Below the pieces are notes generated by a model, which worked only from the letters and a program-made list of their open reading frames with translations, was not told the DNA's origin and ran no database searches. 28,168 nt of DNA from Candidatus Auribacterota bacterium (GTDB lineage Bacteria; Auribacterota; UBA6266): assembly GCA_023136205.1 (NCBI GenBank), contig JAGLRQ010000051.1, positions 1 through 28,168 of the forward strand, written 5' to 3'. Below, in pieces: positions 1 to 8,399 of the stretch. Position 1 is the stretch's first letter, and each line of letters opens with the position of its first letter. The position numbers and the translations under genes were made by a program.

Positions 1-114
1 GTTACCTAATTAGTGAGCATGTACAACAGCGACTATTTTATTGACAGTTTTCTTGATAAATATTGAAAAAATAGGAAAAAATAGGCACAGACACCTATTA
101 AATTTCTCGACGAC

Positions 115-166
115 AAAGAAAAAAGGGACAGTCCACCCGCTCACTGCGCTCGCTTGGGACTTTCCC
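115..166 (-). terminator. Putative Rho-independent terminator downstream of tRNA-Ala (possibly bidirectional)
   Basis: On the minus strand, GGGAAAGTCC (166-157) and GGACTGTCCC (134-125) form a 10-bp stem with one A:G mismatch around a 22-nt loop. The stem is followed directly by TTTTTTCTTT (124-115) and begins about 50 nt past the tRNA 3' end. On the + strand the same stem is followed by CATTTTCTT. Confidence 0.5.
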
Positions 167-218
167 CATTTTCTTAAAGCTTCTGGGGTGAAAGATCCGA
201 TTCCAAACGAAGGCGGAA

Positions 219-294
219 TGGTGGAGCCGATGGGAGTCGAACCCACGACCTGATGATTGCGAACCATCCGCTCTGCCAACTGAGCTACGGCCCC
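219..294 (-). tRNA. tRNA-Ala (anticodon CGC), CCA encoded
   Basis: The reverse complement of 219-294 is GGGGCCGTAGCTCAGTTGGCAGAGCGGATGGTTCGCAATCATCAGGTCGTGGGTTCGACTCCCATCGGCTCCACCA (76 nt). It has a 7-bp acceptor stem with the G3:U70 wobble pair (the alanine identity element) and a D arm GCTC/GAGC. The anticodon stem is GATGG/TCATC with loop TTCGCAA (anticodon CGC). The T arm is GTGGG-TTCGACT-CCCAT, followed by a terminal CCA. Confidence 0.93.
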
Positions 295-417
295 ATAACC
301 TGATAGATACAGAGTTTTCTGATTCAATAAAATAATATAATTAAGAGCCTAATACAAGGATAAAAGGGCAATAATAGCTTTCTTTTTTAAACTTCATGAG
401 GTATCATTCTTCTTATT

Positions 418-2103
418 ATGAATAAGCTGGGTATAGTCCTTACATTTTTTGTGTTGTCCTGTTCCCTTAACTCTGTTTTATACGCGGAAAAAATTGTTTA
501 TATAGTGCCTGATGAAGAAACCTTCCTTTATTATATTGGTGAGTGGTCTGCTCAAAACAGATTTCCTGTGTTTATAGATGAGACACAGTACTATAAGAAA
601 TTTGTCAGGGCTTATGCTCCGGATTCGGTGAAAAAAGTTGAGAGCAAAAAAATTGGCGGTGTAACCATAGATAGTATATTCAGATCACTGGCGGCATCTT
701 TTTTAGATAAGGGGATTGAAGATATCCCTCTGGGAGAAGGATTTAAAAACTTTTCAAAACTTATAAGCCTCAATTCCATGCCGGATGGGATTGTTATTAT
801 GAAAGAGGGGGCTAAAGAAATTTTTGCGGGAGTGGCATTAGCGGCTTATTACACTCAGGACGTTTTTTTCTATGAATCGGGGGTTTTTCTGACAGACGCT
901 ATAACCAGGAAAGATATGAATGATATCAGAAATGCTGTTATTGGTTTTATGAAGGACAAAGGATATTCTTATAAAGGGAGGAGTGGAGTAGAGTACATTA
1001 CAATCGCGCAAGGTATGCCTTTTGTTTATAACCCCGGAATGAGTGTGGATGATGCCCTTGTGCGGGAAACATTAACAAGCGATGATGCCTATGCCTATGT
1101 TGGAAGGTTGATGGAAGTTGAAGAAGGGGCTGCGGTTTATCAGGCAATGTGCTCTTTATTTCTTGAGACCGACAGAGCGCTTTTTTTTGATACATGGGAT
1201 ATTGCGTGGGGATTTCAGACGGGATATGCCGCATGGCAGTTTTTCGATAAAGTTCCGGCTTTAAATATTGCCCTGCCTGAAGCAAATATTAGTTATTGGA
1301 GGAAATTTTTTAAAAGTAATCTGGATGCCTCCTTTATCTGGATTAATACAAGCGGAGGCCCCAGAGACTGGGGTGGTAGCGGGAGTGCGTCGGATATTCC
1401 GTCATGCAGTCCATGTTGTGTGTATTTCGCGCATAGCAATTCTGCCAGGAATCCGGATGACCCTGATACGATCTGTGGACGCTGGCTCCGGAATGGCGCG
1501 TATTATTACGTTGGAGCTATTAAGGAGCCTTATGCTCAGTCTTTTCAGAAGCCGTTTAATGCGGTGAAAGGCCTTCTTGCCGGCGAAACTTTTGGAGAGG
1601 CATTCCAGGCAAAACAGTTTTTGCCCGGCAGGTTCAGGATTCCATGGAAGCAAATTTACATCGGGAACCCAAGGGCAAAATTAAGGTTTAAAAAAAATAA
1701 TTCAGAAGAATTTGACAGGTTTAAAGAGGTTTTTATACAGATAAAAAATAGAAACTTCAATATGTCTATAAAACTGATGGAAGATTACGTGCAGGATTTT
1801 AAAGATTTTTATCTTTCAATGCAGATGTGGCAGTTTTTGAAGGAGTTATATTTTTTAGATTTTTATCAATCTCGTTATCCCGATAAAAGATTTCTTCGTG
1901 AAGAAACATTTATAAGAGACTGGGTTTTAAACCTGACGCCTTCTGTCATTCAAGAGAAAAACTCCAGTTTGAGCAAAGAAGGGAATATGTATATTTTTTA
2001 TTTAAAAAATAGATATTTTATGGCTGAGGACAAGAAAAGGCTTAAATCTTTAATTGGGGAGGAAATATTCAGGGTTGAAGGCTGTCTTGCGCCGGCGATA
2101 TGA
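418..2103 (+). CDS. Hypothetical exported protein / possible lipoprotein (561 aa), family not recognised
   Basis: Long uninterrupted ORF. The N-terminus MNKLGIVLTFFVLSC-SLNSVLYA looks like a signal peptide with a possible lipobox (VLSC). There is a mid-protein Cys-rich patch, DIPSCSPCCVYFAH. The C-terminal third is K/E/F/Y-rich and probably helical. No confident family call by eye. Confidence 0.7.
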   Translation: MNKLGIVLTFFVLSCSLNSVLYAEKIVYIVPDEETFLYYIGEWSAQNRFPVFIDETQYYKKFVRAYAPDSVKKVESKKIGGVTIDSIFRSLAASFLDKGIEDIPLGEGFKNFSKLISLNSMPDGIVIMKEGAKEIFAGVALAAYYTQDVFFYESGVFLTDAITRKDMNDIRNAVIGFMKDKGYSYKGRSGVEYITIAQGMPFVYNPGMSVDDALVRETLTSDDAYAYVGRLMEVEEGAAVYQAMCSLFLETDRALFFDTWDIAWGFQTGYAAWQFFDKVPALNIALPEANISYWRKFFKSNLDASFIWINTSGGPRDWGGSGSASDIPSCSPCCVYFAHSNSARNPDDPDTICGRWLRNGAYYYVGAIKEPYAQSFQKPFNAVKGLLAGETFGEAFQAKQFLPGRFRIPWKQIYIGNPRAKLRFKKNNSEEFDRFKEVFIQIKNRNFNMSIKLMEDYVQDFKDFYLSMQMWQFLKELYFLDFYQSRYPDKRFLREETFIRDWVLNLTPSVIQEKNSSLSKEGNMYIFYLKNRYFMAEDKKRLKSLIGEEIFRVEGCLAPAI

Positions 2104-2166
2104 TATTTACAGGGAGGAGTAAATTAGTTTTTGATATATTAACCTTATAAAAGAGAGAGTGGAAGT

Positions 2167-3141
2167 ATGAAATACTTAATAACAGGCGGTGCGGGGTTTG
2201 TGGGGTCTCATCTTGCGGAAATATTATTGGCGGGGGGGCATGAGGTTTTTGTGATTGATAATCTTTCAACAGGTTCTCTTAAGAATATTGAACATTTAAA
2301 GGAGAACAAGAAATTTCACTGTGTTATAGATACGGTTATGAATGGGTCGGTTGTAGGTGATCTTACATATAAGTGTGATGTGATTTTTCATCTTGCGGCT
2401 GCTGTGGGGGTAAGGAAAATAATTGACAGCCCTGTTGAAACGATTGAGACAAATGTTCATGGTACGGAGACAGTTTTGAAAGCGGCGGAAAAAGAAAAAA
2501 AGATTGTATTAATAGCGTCAACCTCAGAGGTTTATGGGAAAAGTACAAAAGATGTTTTTAACGAGAAGGATGATTCTATTATGGGGAGTACGACAAAGAG
2601 CAGGTGGAGTTATGCCTGTTCAAAAGCCATTGATGAATTTCTGGCCCTGGCTTACCTCAAAGAAAAAGGCCTTCCTGTTATAATTACCCGCCTGTTTAAT
2701 ACCGTGGGGCCGCGTCAAACAGGTATGTATGGCATGGTTATCCCAAATTTTGTCAGGCAGGCTCTTGAAGGAAAGCCGATTACAGTATTTGGTGACGGCA
2801 GCCAAACAAGGTGTTTTACGTATGTTACAGATGTTGTAAAAGCCCTGATAAGGTTATCCGAACTTAAACCGTCGATAGGCCAGGTTTTTAATATAGGGGC
2901 AAAAGAGCAGGTGACTATAACCGAACTTGCTAAGATAATAAAAGAAAAGACTTCAAGCAAATCTGAAATAGTTTATGTGCCATATGATGAAGCCTATGAA
3001 ACAGGTTTTGAGGATATGCTAAGACGCATGCCGGATATATCAAAGCTGGAAAAACATATTGGATATAAACCGGAATACAATCTCGGAAGAACGCTTGATC
3101 TAATCATTGAATATTTCAGAAAAAATAAGGATTTTGAATAA
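2167..3141 (+). CDS. NAD-dependent nucleotide-sugar epimerase/dehydratase (extended SDR; UDP-sugar 4-epimerase / UDP-glucuronate decarboxylase-like)
   Basis: Carries the Rossmann motif TGGAGFVGSH at the N-terminus, plus ASTSEVYG and the catalytic YACSK (YxxxK). The C-terminal ...RRMPDISKLEKHIGYKP resembles the UXS / ArnA C-domain tail. Substrate cannot be assigned by eye. Confidence 0.85.
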   Translation: MKYLITGGAGFVGSHLAEILLAGGHEVFVIDNLSTGSLKNIEHLKENKKFHCVIDTVMNGSVVGDLTYKCDVIFHLAAAVGVRKIIDSPVETIETNVHGTETVLKAAEKEKKIVLIASTSEVYGKSTKDVFNEKDDSIMGSTTKSRWSYACSKAIDEFLALAYLKEKGLPVIITRLFNTVGPRQTGMYGMVIPNFVRQALEGKPITVFGDGSQTRCFTYVTDVVKALIRLSELKPSIGQVFNIGAKEQVTITELAKIIKEKTSSKSEIVYVPYDEAYETGFEDMLRRMPDISKLEKHIGYKPEYNLGRTLDLIIEYFRKNKDFE

Positions 3142-3171
3142 AAAGAGGGGACTACATACGGCTTTTAAATT

Positions 3172-4479
3172 ATGCTGATTGTCTATAATATTTTTTTTCA
3201 TATCGGGTTTCTCTTTATGCTGCCCGTATTTCTTTTTAAGATGATTTCTCTTAAGAAGTACCGGGCCGGCCTTTTCCAAAGATTAGGATTATATCCCCCA
3301 GGGGTAGCTGAAAAACTAAAGGGTAGTGAAAACGTTTGGATTCATGGTGTTTCGGTCGGAGAAATAATAGCAGCTCAGCCGCTTATAGCACTTTTAAAAT
3401 CAAAATATCCCCAATTTAAATTTATTATCAGTACCACCACTAATACCGGTAATGCTGTTGCCGAAAAGTACGCGGGGAAAGACGATATTGTTATATATTA
3501 CCCTCTTGATTTTCCATGGGTAACAAACAGAGTAATTGATTTTATAAACCCGGCGTTTTTTGTTATGCTTGAAACAGAGTTATGGCCTAATCTTATATGT
3601 GGCCTTGGAAAGAAAGATATACCCGTTTTTCTTGTTAACGGCAGGGTTTCCGATCGCTCTTTTAAAGGTTATATGAAAATAAGAGCAGTGCTCAAAATTG
3701 TTTTTAAATACGTTTCCGCTCTTCTTATGCAGACAGAGCCTGACGCTGAAAAGATGGAGCGGATGGGTGCTCCCCGGGAAAAAGTTTCATACGCGGGCAG
3801 TCTAAAGTTTGAAAGCGCGATGAGTGATGAGCCCGATACAGCCGAACTTATGAAAATTGCTTCAGAAATGGGGATTGAAAGCACAAATACTGTTATAATA
3901 GGCGGAAGTACACATAATAGGGAGGAAGAACTTCTCCTTGGTATATTTAAAAGATTAAGGCCGCATTGTCCGGGCGCAAAACTGATAATCGCGCCCAGGC
4001 ATCCGGAAAGATTTGGCGCGGTTATAAACGTGGTAAAAAAATCCGGGTTTCCTTTTTCAACCAGGAAGCGTATAAAAGGGTTTAATACACAGGGAAGAAG
4101 GGAAAAGGAGATTATAGTTTTAGATACTATTGGTGAATTAAAAAAAATATATAATTTTGGTTCTGTGGTTTTTGTGGGGAAAAGCATGTACGCGAAAGGA
4201 GGACAGAATATACTTGAGCCCGCGGCAGCGGGTAAAGCTATTATTGTTGGGCCCCATATGGAAAATTTCAGGGATATTGTTAAACAGTTTGTAGATGCTG
4301 ATTCCTGTTTAATGGTAAATAATGAGATAGAGCTTGAAGAGGAGATCACAAGACTTGCCATGGATAAAAAGGCAAGCCGGGAACTTGGCCGCAGGGCAAA
4401 AAATCTTGTAATCGCGAATTGCGGCGCGGTTTCAAGGATAGCGGAAAAGATAATTGAAAATGTTAACAAGAGGATTTGA
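3172..4479 (+). CDS. waaA: 3-deoxy-D-manno-octulosonic acid (Kdo) transferase
   Basis: N-terminal membrane anchor followed by YRAGLFQRLGLYP...VWIHGVSVGE, the hallmark WaaA/KdtA N-terminal motif. The length (435 aa) and the C-terminal GT-B half (GGQNILEPAAAGKAIIVGPHMENF) are typical. Confidence 0.9.
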   Translation: MLIVYNIFFHIGFLFMLPVFLFKMISLKKYRAGLFQRLGLYPPGVAEKLKGSENVWIHGVSVGEIIAAQPLIALLKSKYPQFKFIISTTTNTGNAVAEKYAGKDDIVIYYPLDFPWVTNRVIDFINPAFFVMLETELWPNLICGLGKKDIPVFLVNGRVSDRSFKGYMKIRAVLKIVFKYVSALLMQTEPDAEKMERMGAPREKVSYAGSLKFESAMSDEPDTAELMKIASEMGIESTNTVIIGGSTHNREEELLLGIFKRLRPHCPGAKLIIAPRHPERFGAVINVVKKSGFPFSTRKRIKGFNTQGRREKEIIVLDTIGELKKIYNFGSVVFVGKSMYAKGGQNILEPAAAGKAIIVGPHMENFRDIVKQFVDADSCLMVNNEIELEEEITRLAMDKKASRELGRRAKNLVIANCGAVSRIAEKIIENVNKRI

Positions 4480-4518
4480 AGATTCCTTTTTTGTGGGGAA
4501 TAATAAAAGGAGTTAGAC

Positions 4519-5424
4519 ATGCTGTTTTCAAGCATTATCAACAAAAAATTGATTAATATTGATTTAAAATCAAAGACTAGGGAGGATGCTCTCAGGGAAC
4601 TTATCTTGCCGCTTAAGGATTTAGGTTATGATGCTGATATTGAGAAAATGTTTAAGATGGTAATGGCGCGGGAAGCGGTAGCTACTACCTATACCGGCAA
4701 AGGCGTTGCCATACCGCATGCAAGGATTGAAGGGCTTAAGGATTTTTATGTTTTAATCGGCAGGTCTGCCGAAGGTGTTAATTATGTGGAAGAAACCGCG
4801 GAAAAAGCGAATCTTATTTTTATGGTTTTATCCGAAAAAACAAAAAACAGAATAATGCTCCAGGCTCTCTCGTCAATCGCGAAATTGATGAAGAATGACA
4901 AAGTTAAGAAAGATATCCTGTCGGTTCGCACGGCTGCCGGAATGATAGAGATAATAGAAAAGACAGATATAAAATTAAAAGAAGCCCTTACCAATTCGGA
5001 TATTATGGAGCCTCCATCTATAACATTATCGCCTGATATGACAATTAAAGAGGCGGTAATAGTTTTTTTTAAACACAATGTGATGTGTCTGCCGGTAGTT
5101 GATAGCGATAATAACCTTCTGGGTGAAATCCATGAATCGGACATTGTTGGAATAGGCCTTCCAAAATACATGAATTTACTGAGCAACCTTTCTTTTTTAA
5201 AGGATTTTGAACCGTTTGAGGAATTTTTCAAAAAAGAAGATGTGATTAAAGTGGGAAATGTTTTTAGTAAAAAATCCCATGCTGTAGCGCCTGATTCATC
5301 TATTGTCGAAGCAGCTTTTATTCTCGCGGCGAAAAAAACTGAAAGAGTATTTGTTGTGGATAGCGGTAAATTGCTGGGTTCTATAACCGCTAGAGATATT
5401 ATTATAAAGATTTTACAAATTTAG
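4519..5424 (+). CDS. PTS EIIA type-2 (EIIA-Ntr-like) domain fused to a CBS-pair domain
   Basis: Residues ~1-150 match the EIIA-2 layout with the phospho-His loop GKGVAIPHARIEG (His67, codon 4717-4719). Residues ~165-300 contain two CBS repeats (IMEPPSITLSPDMTIKEAV...LPVVDSDNNLLGEIHESDIV and VGNVFSKKSHAVAPDSSIVEAA...VFVVDSGKLLGSITARDII). An AAGGAG RBS lies upstream. Confidence 0.85.
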   Translation: MLFSSIINKKLINIDLKSKTREDALRELILPLKDLGYDADIEKMFKMVMAREAVATTYTGKGVAIPHARIEGLKDFYVLIGRSAEGVNYVEETAEKANLIFMVLSEKTKNRIMLQALSSIAKLMKNDKVKKDILSVRTAAGMIEIIEKTDIKLKEALTNSDIMEPPSITLSPDMTIKEAVIVFFKHNVMCLPVVDSDNNLLGEIHESDIVGIGLPKYMNLLSNLSFLKDFEPFEEFFKKEDVIKVGNVFSKKSHAVAPDSSIVEAAFILAAKKTERVFVVDSGKLLGSITARDIIIKILQI

Positions 5425-5443
5425 TACCAGAGGTGATGGAGCA

Positions 5444-6700
5444 ATGTGGGTTGCAATAATTATTTTTTTCGTGACATTGGTCGCGATAGCAACTGAAAAA
5501 GTTGATAAGACACTTGCCGTTCTTGTGGGTGCCTCTTTAATGCTTATTTTAAAAGTGGTTCCGCAGGGAATTGCTTTCGGGTTAATAGATTTGAATGTTA
5601 TCCTGCTTCTTATAAGTATGATGATAATAGTAGGTATATTTTCCAGGACGGGAATATTTGAGTGGATAGCAATCAAAGTGGCAAAATCGGCAAAAGGAAG
5701 GCCTCTTATTATACTTCTTTTTCTTTCACTGGTTACGGCTGTGCTTTCAGCTTTTCTGGATAATGTAACCACTGTTTTGCTGATGGCACCGATAACGTTT
5801 CTTATAACCCAGCAGCTGGGTTTAAATCCTGTTCCTTTTTTGATTATAGAGGTTATGGCATCTAATATTGGAGGGACCGCGACCCTTATCGGTGATCCTC
5901 CAAATATATTGATTGGGAGCGCGGCTAATCTTGGTTTCAATGATTTTCTTCTGAATCTTGCGCCGGTAATATTGGTTATTATGTTTGTTTTTGTGGTTAC
6001 GGTGATCCTTATGATGCGCGAAAAAATGAGGGTTTCAAATGAAGTAAAAGCGAAAATCATGGCTCTTGATGACACAAGGGCTATAAGAGATAAAAAACTT
6101 CTTATAAAATGTTTATTTGTTTTGGGGTTGACCCTCTTTGCTTTTTTGATTCATGAGAGCCTGGGCCTGGGGCCTGCTTCGGTCGCGCTTGCCGGAGCAA
6201 CTGTTCTTATCGCGATTACGGGGGATGATATTGAAAAACTTTTCAAGACAGTGGAGTGGCCAACCATTTTTTTTCTTATAGGCCTTTTTATTATTGTCGC
6301 GGGAGTTATCCAGGTGGGGGCAGTTAATCTCGCGGCGGAGAAGTCTATGGATTTTACGGATGGAAACGTAAAACTTACAACATTTATCATCTTATGGATT
6401 TCAGCGGTATTGTCTTCTGTAATTGGAAGTGTGTCCAATGCTGTTGCTCTTATACCGGTGGTTAAAAGCATCGCGGTACATTTCGCGGACGCGAAGCCTT
6501 TATGGTGGGCGCTTGCAATGGGTACATGCCTGGGTGGAAATGGAACGATTATTGGAGCGCCGGCCAATATTATTATAGCAGGGCTTGCCGCAAAGAACGG
6601 CAGCCCGATTTCTTTTAAAGAATTTTTAAAATACGGTTTTATATTTGTTCTGGAGTCAATGATTATATGTACGATTTATATTTACTGGCGGTATTTATAG
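5444..6700 (+). CDS. ArsB/NhaD/CitMHS-superfamily ion/anion permease
   Basis: 418-aa polytopic membrane protein. The N-terminus WVAIIIFFVTLVAIATEKVDKTLAVLVGASLMLIL and the motifs FLSAFLDNVTTVLLMAPI and IGGTATLIGDPPNILI are typical of this transporter superfamily. Substrate unknown. Confidence 0.82.
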   Translation: MWVAIIIFFVTLVAIATEKVDKTLAVLVGASLMLILKVVPQGIAFGLIDLNVILLLISMMIIVGIFSRTGIFEWIAIKVAKSAKGRPLIILLFLSLVTAVLSAFLDNVTTVLLMAPITFLITQQLGLNPVPFLIIEVMASNIGGTATLIGDPPNILIGSAANLGFNDFLLNLAPVILVIMFVFVVTVILMMREKMRVSNEVKAKIMALDDTRAIRDKKLLIKCLFVLGLTLFAFLIHESLGLGPASVALAGATVLIAITGDDIEKLFKTVEWPTIFFLIGLFIIVAGVIQVGAVNLAAEKSMDFTDGNVKLTTFIILWISAVLSSVIGSVSNAVALIPVVKSIAVHFADAKPLWWALAMGTCLGGNGTIIGAPANIIIAGLAAKNGSPISFKEFLKYGFIFVLESMIICTIYIYWRYL

Positions 6701-6716
6701 GGATACAGGTGATGGG

Positions 6717-7181
6717 ATGACAATGAAAACAAACAAGATTTTAAAAGAAGATTCATTACTCCTTAATCTTCAGGTTAACGACAGGGATGACGCTATACGG
6801 AAAGTATCAAAGTTTTTGTCGTCCCGTGTAAAAGGTGTGAACAGGGATTTCCTGGCCAGGGAACTTATAAAAAGGGAAAATGAAGGCCCGCCGATTGCTA
6901 CTAGAAAGGGTTTTACAATTCTGCATCTCAGGATGAAAAGGCTGGATGGGATTTATGGTGTAGCAGTCCGCCTGACAAAGGGAGTTGATTTTGGAGAACC
7001 TAATGGTAATCTTACGAGGCTTGTTTTTATGTTCGTAAATCCTTTGGAAAGGAATGAAGATTATCTGAGGCTTCTTTCCAGGATTAACAGGCTGCTTTCC
7101 AAAGATAAGGTCAATGAAAAATTGTTCGATGCCCGGACAAAACAAGAATTTTTAAACGCTCTTGCCGAGTATGATGTTTAA
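6717..7181 (+). CDS. Stand-alone PTS EIIA type-2 (EIIA-Ntr-like) domain protein
   Basis: 154 aa, the EIIA-2 domain length. The loop RKGFTILHLRM retains the His (His70). The downstream VFMFVNPLERNEDYLRLLSRINRLL resembles the conserved EIIA-2 C-terminal helix region. It is a paralogue of the N-terminal domain of 4519-5424. Confidence 0.75.
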   Translation: MTMKTNKILKEDSLLLNLQVNDRDDAIRKVSKFLSSRVKGVNRDFLARELIKRENEGPPIATRKGFTILHLRMKRLDGIYGVAVRLTKGVDFGEPNGNLTRLVFMFVNPLERNEDYLRLLSRINRLLSKDKVNEKLFDARTKQEFLNALAEYDV

Positions 7182-7226
7182 TCTAATTCTGAATTTTCGG
7201 GTGACTATAACCAATTAGTTAATACT

Positions 7227-8399
7227 ATGATTACTTTACTCATAAACATCAGGGAAAAGACCGAGAAATATGTTCTTTCAGTTATTTTATATGAAAGGAA
7301 AGATTTTGGAGCCAGGTGTCTTCTAAACGTATTAGGTGGTTTATCAAGGATCTTCCGCCTGATTGTTCAAAGCAGGCTGTGGTTATATAAACACGGTATT
7401 TTCAGAAGAAAAACGCTTGGCTGTATGACGATTAGCATTGGTAATTTAACTGTGGGCGGCACAGGTAAAACCCCTATTGTTGAAATGTTTGCCAGGGCTC
7501 TGGAAAAAGAGGGGAGAAAGGTAGCAATTTTGTCCCGTGGTTACAGAAGTGTTAGCAAACCGTTTTTAGTCAGGGGCCTTGATTTTGTTTTCAAGCATAG
7601 GATGAAGTATGAGCCTAAGATAGTTTCAGATGGCAGAGCCACTCTTCTCGATTCCCTTCATGCCGGAGATGAACCCTACATGCTGGCGAAAAATGTGAAA
7701 TCCGCCATAGTTTTGGTTGATAAAAACAGGGTTAAATCAGGGGCATACGCGATTAAAAATTATGCTGTAGATACTCTTCTCCTGGACGATGGGTTTCAAT
7801 ATTTACATTTGGACAGGAGGTTTGATGTGGTTCTTATAGATGCTACTTCACCCTTTGGTAATGAAAAATTGCTGCCAAGAGGCGAGTTAAGGGAAAAAGT
7901 CAACAATCTTAGGAGAGCAAATATAGTTTTCATTACGAAAGCGGGGGATAGGAATATTTCACCTCTTAAAAACAGGATAAGGGCGATTAACCCCAAGGCA
8001 GAGATAATACTATGTGTCCACGATCCTCTTTATTTTGAAGAAGTCTATGGCGGCACGAAAGAAAACCTGGAGTTTATAAAGGGTAAAAAGATTCTTTCTC
8101 TTTCTGCTATAGCAAAACCTAAAGGTTTTGAATATGCTCTTGAAGAACTTGGCGCGTCAATAGTTTCTGCCCACAGGTTTACAGATCACCACAGGTTTAG
8201 CCAGCAGGAAATAATAGACATAATTAATGTTGCTCTTGATAAAGAGGTGGACGCGATTATTACTACTGAGAAAGATTCAGTAAGGTTTCCTTATGTTTCA
8301 AAAACAGAGGTGCCTATATATTTTCTCAGGGTAAGAATCGAAATAACAGAAGGTGCGAAAGATTTTAATGATTGCGTATCTCGTATATGTTTTAGTTAG
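7227..8399 (+). CDS. lpxK: Tetraacyldisaccharide 4'-kinase
   Basis: P-loop in the LpxK context: ISIGNLTVGGTGKTPIVEMFARAL...VAILSRGY, then AGDEPYMLA and LLLDDGFQY motifs. About 20 extra residues (SKPFLVRGLDFVFKHRMKYE) follow SRGY, compared with my recollection of E. coli and Aquifex LpxK. Confidence 0.88.
   Translation: MITLLINIREKTEKYVLSVILYERKDFGARCLLNVLGGLSRIFRLIVQSRLWLYKHGIFRRKTLGCMTISIGNLTVGGTGKTPIVEMFARALEKEGRKVAILSRGYRSVSKPFLVRGLDFVFKHRMKYEPKIVSDGRATLLDSLHAGDEPYMLAKNVKSAIVLVDKNRVKSGAYAIKNYAVDTLLLDDGFQYLHLDRRFDVVLIDATSPFGNEKLLPRGELREKVNNLRRANIVFITKAGDRNISPLKNRIRAINPKAEIILCVHDPLYFEEVYGGTKENLEFIKGKKILSLSAIAKPKGFEYALEELGASIVSAHRFTDHHRFSQQEIIDIINVALDKEVDAIITTEKDSVRFPYVSKTEVPIYFLRVRIEITEGAKDFNDCVSRICFS

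Noticed and set aside
41-69. TTGACA at 41-46 as a + strand promoter; tandem GAAAAAATAG x2 at 65-84
   Set aside because: There is no acceptable -10 at 16-18 bp spacing and no downstream + strand gene before the convergent tRNA terminator. The 10-bp duplication is short and A-rich.
10-327. ORFs 10-327 (-) and 41-253 (+) from the six-frame track
   Set aside because: Both run straight through the tRNA-Ala gene and its terminator hairpin. They have no RBS and their sequence composition is arbitrary. They are spurious.
1181-1188. Homopolymer tracts (T8 at 1181-1188, A8 at 1690-1697, T8 at 3191-3198) as phase-variation switches
   Set aside because: Runs of 8 A/T are expected at this base composition, and one occurs in the essential waaA. 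Without read-level length polymorphism there is no support.
219-2103. tRNA-Ala as the integration site of a genomic island, with the excisionase-like HTH at 21556 as a mobile-element remnant
   Set aside because: No integrase, transposase or direct repeat of the tRNA 3' end was spotted by eye anywhere in the window. The genes to the right are core envelope functions (waaA, lpxK, lpxL). A full repeat search would be needed to exclude this formally.
3669-4544. 291-aa minus-strand ORF antisense to waaA
   Set aside because: It is entirely antisense to a confidently recognised Kdo transferase. Its S/I/F-rich low-complexity translation is typical of the reverse frame of an AT-rich gene. No start context or recognisable domain.
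5413-6075. 220-aa minus-strand ORF antisense to the permease; similar long antisense ORFs at 6151-6567, 11198-11674, 13272-13742, 20853-21305 and 25984-26472
   Set aside because: All lie opposite strongly supported + strand genes, lack recognisable motifs and RBSs, and show the biased composition expected of antisense frames.
7183-7218. Inverted repeat CTAATT...AATTAG between the second EIIA gene and lpxK as a terminator
   Set aside because: It has only a 6-bp AT-rich stem with a 24-nt loop and no T-tract, which is too weak.
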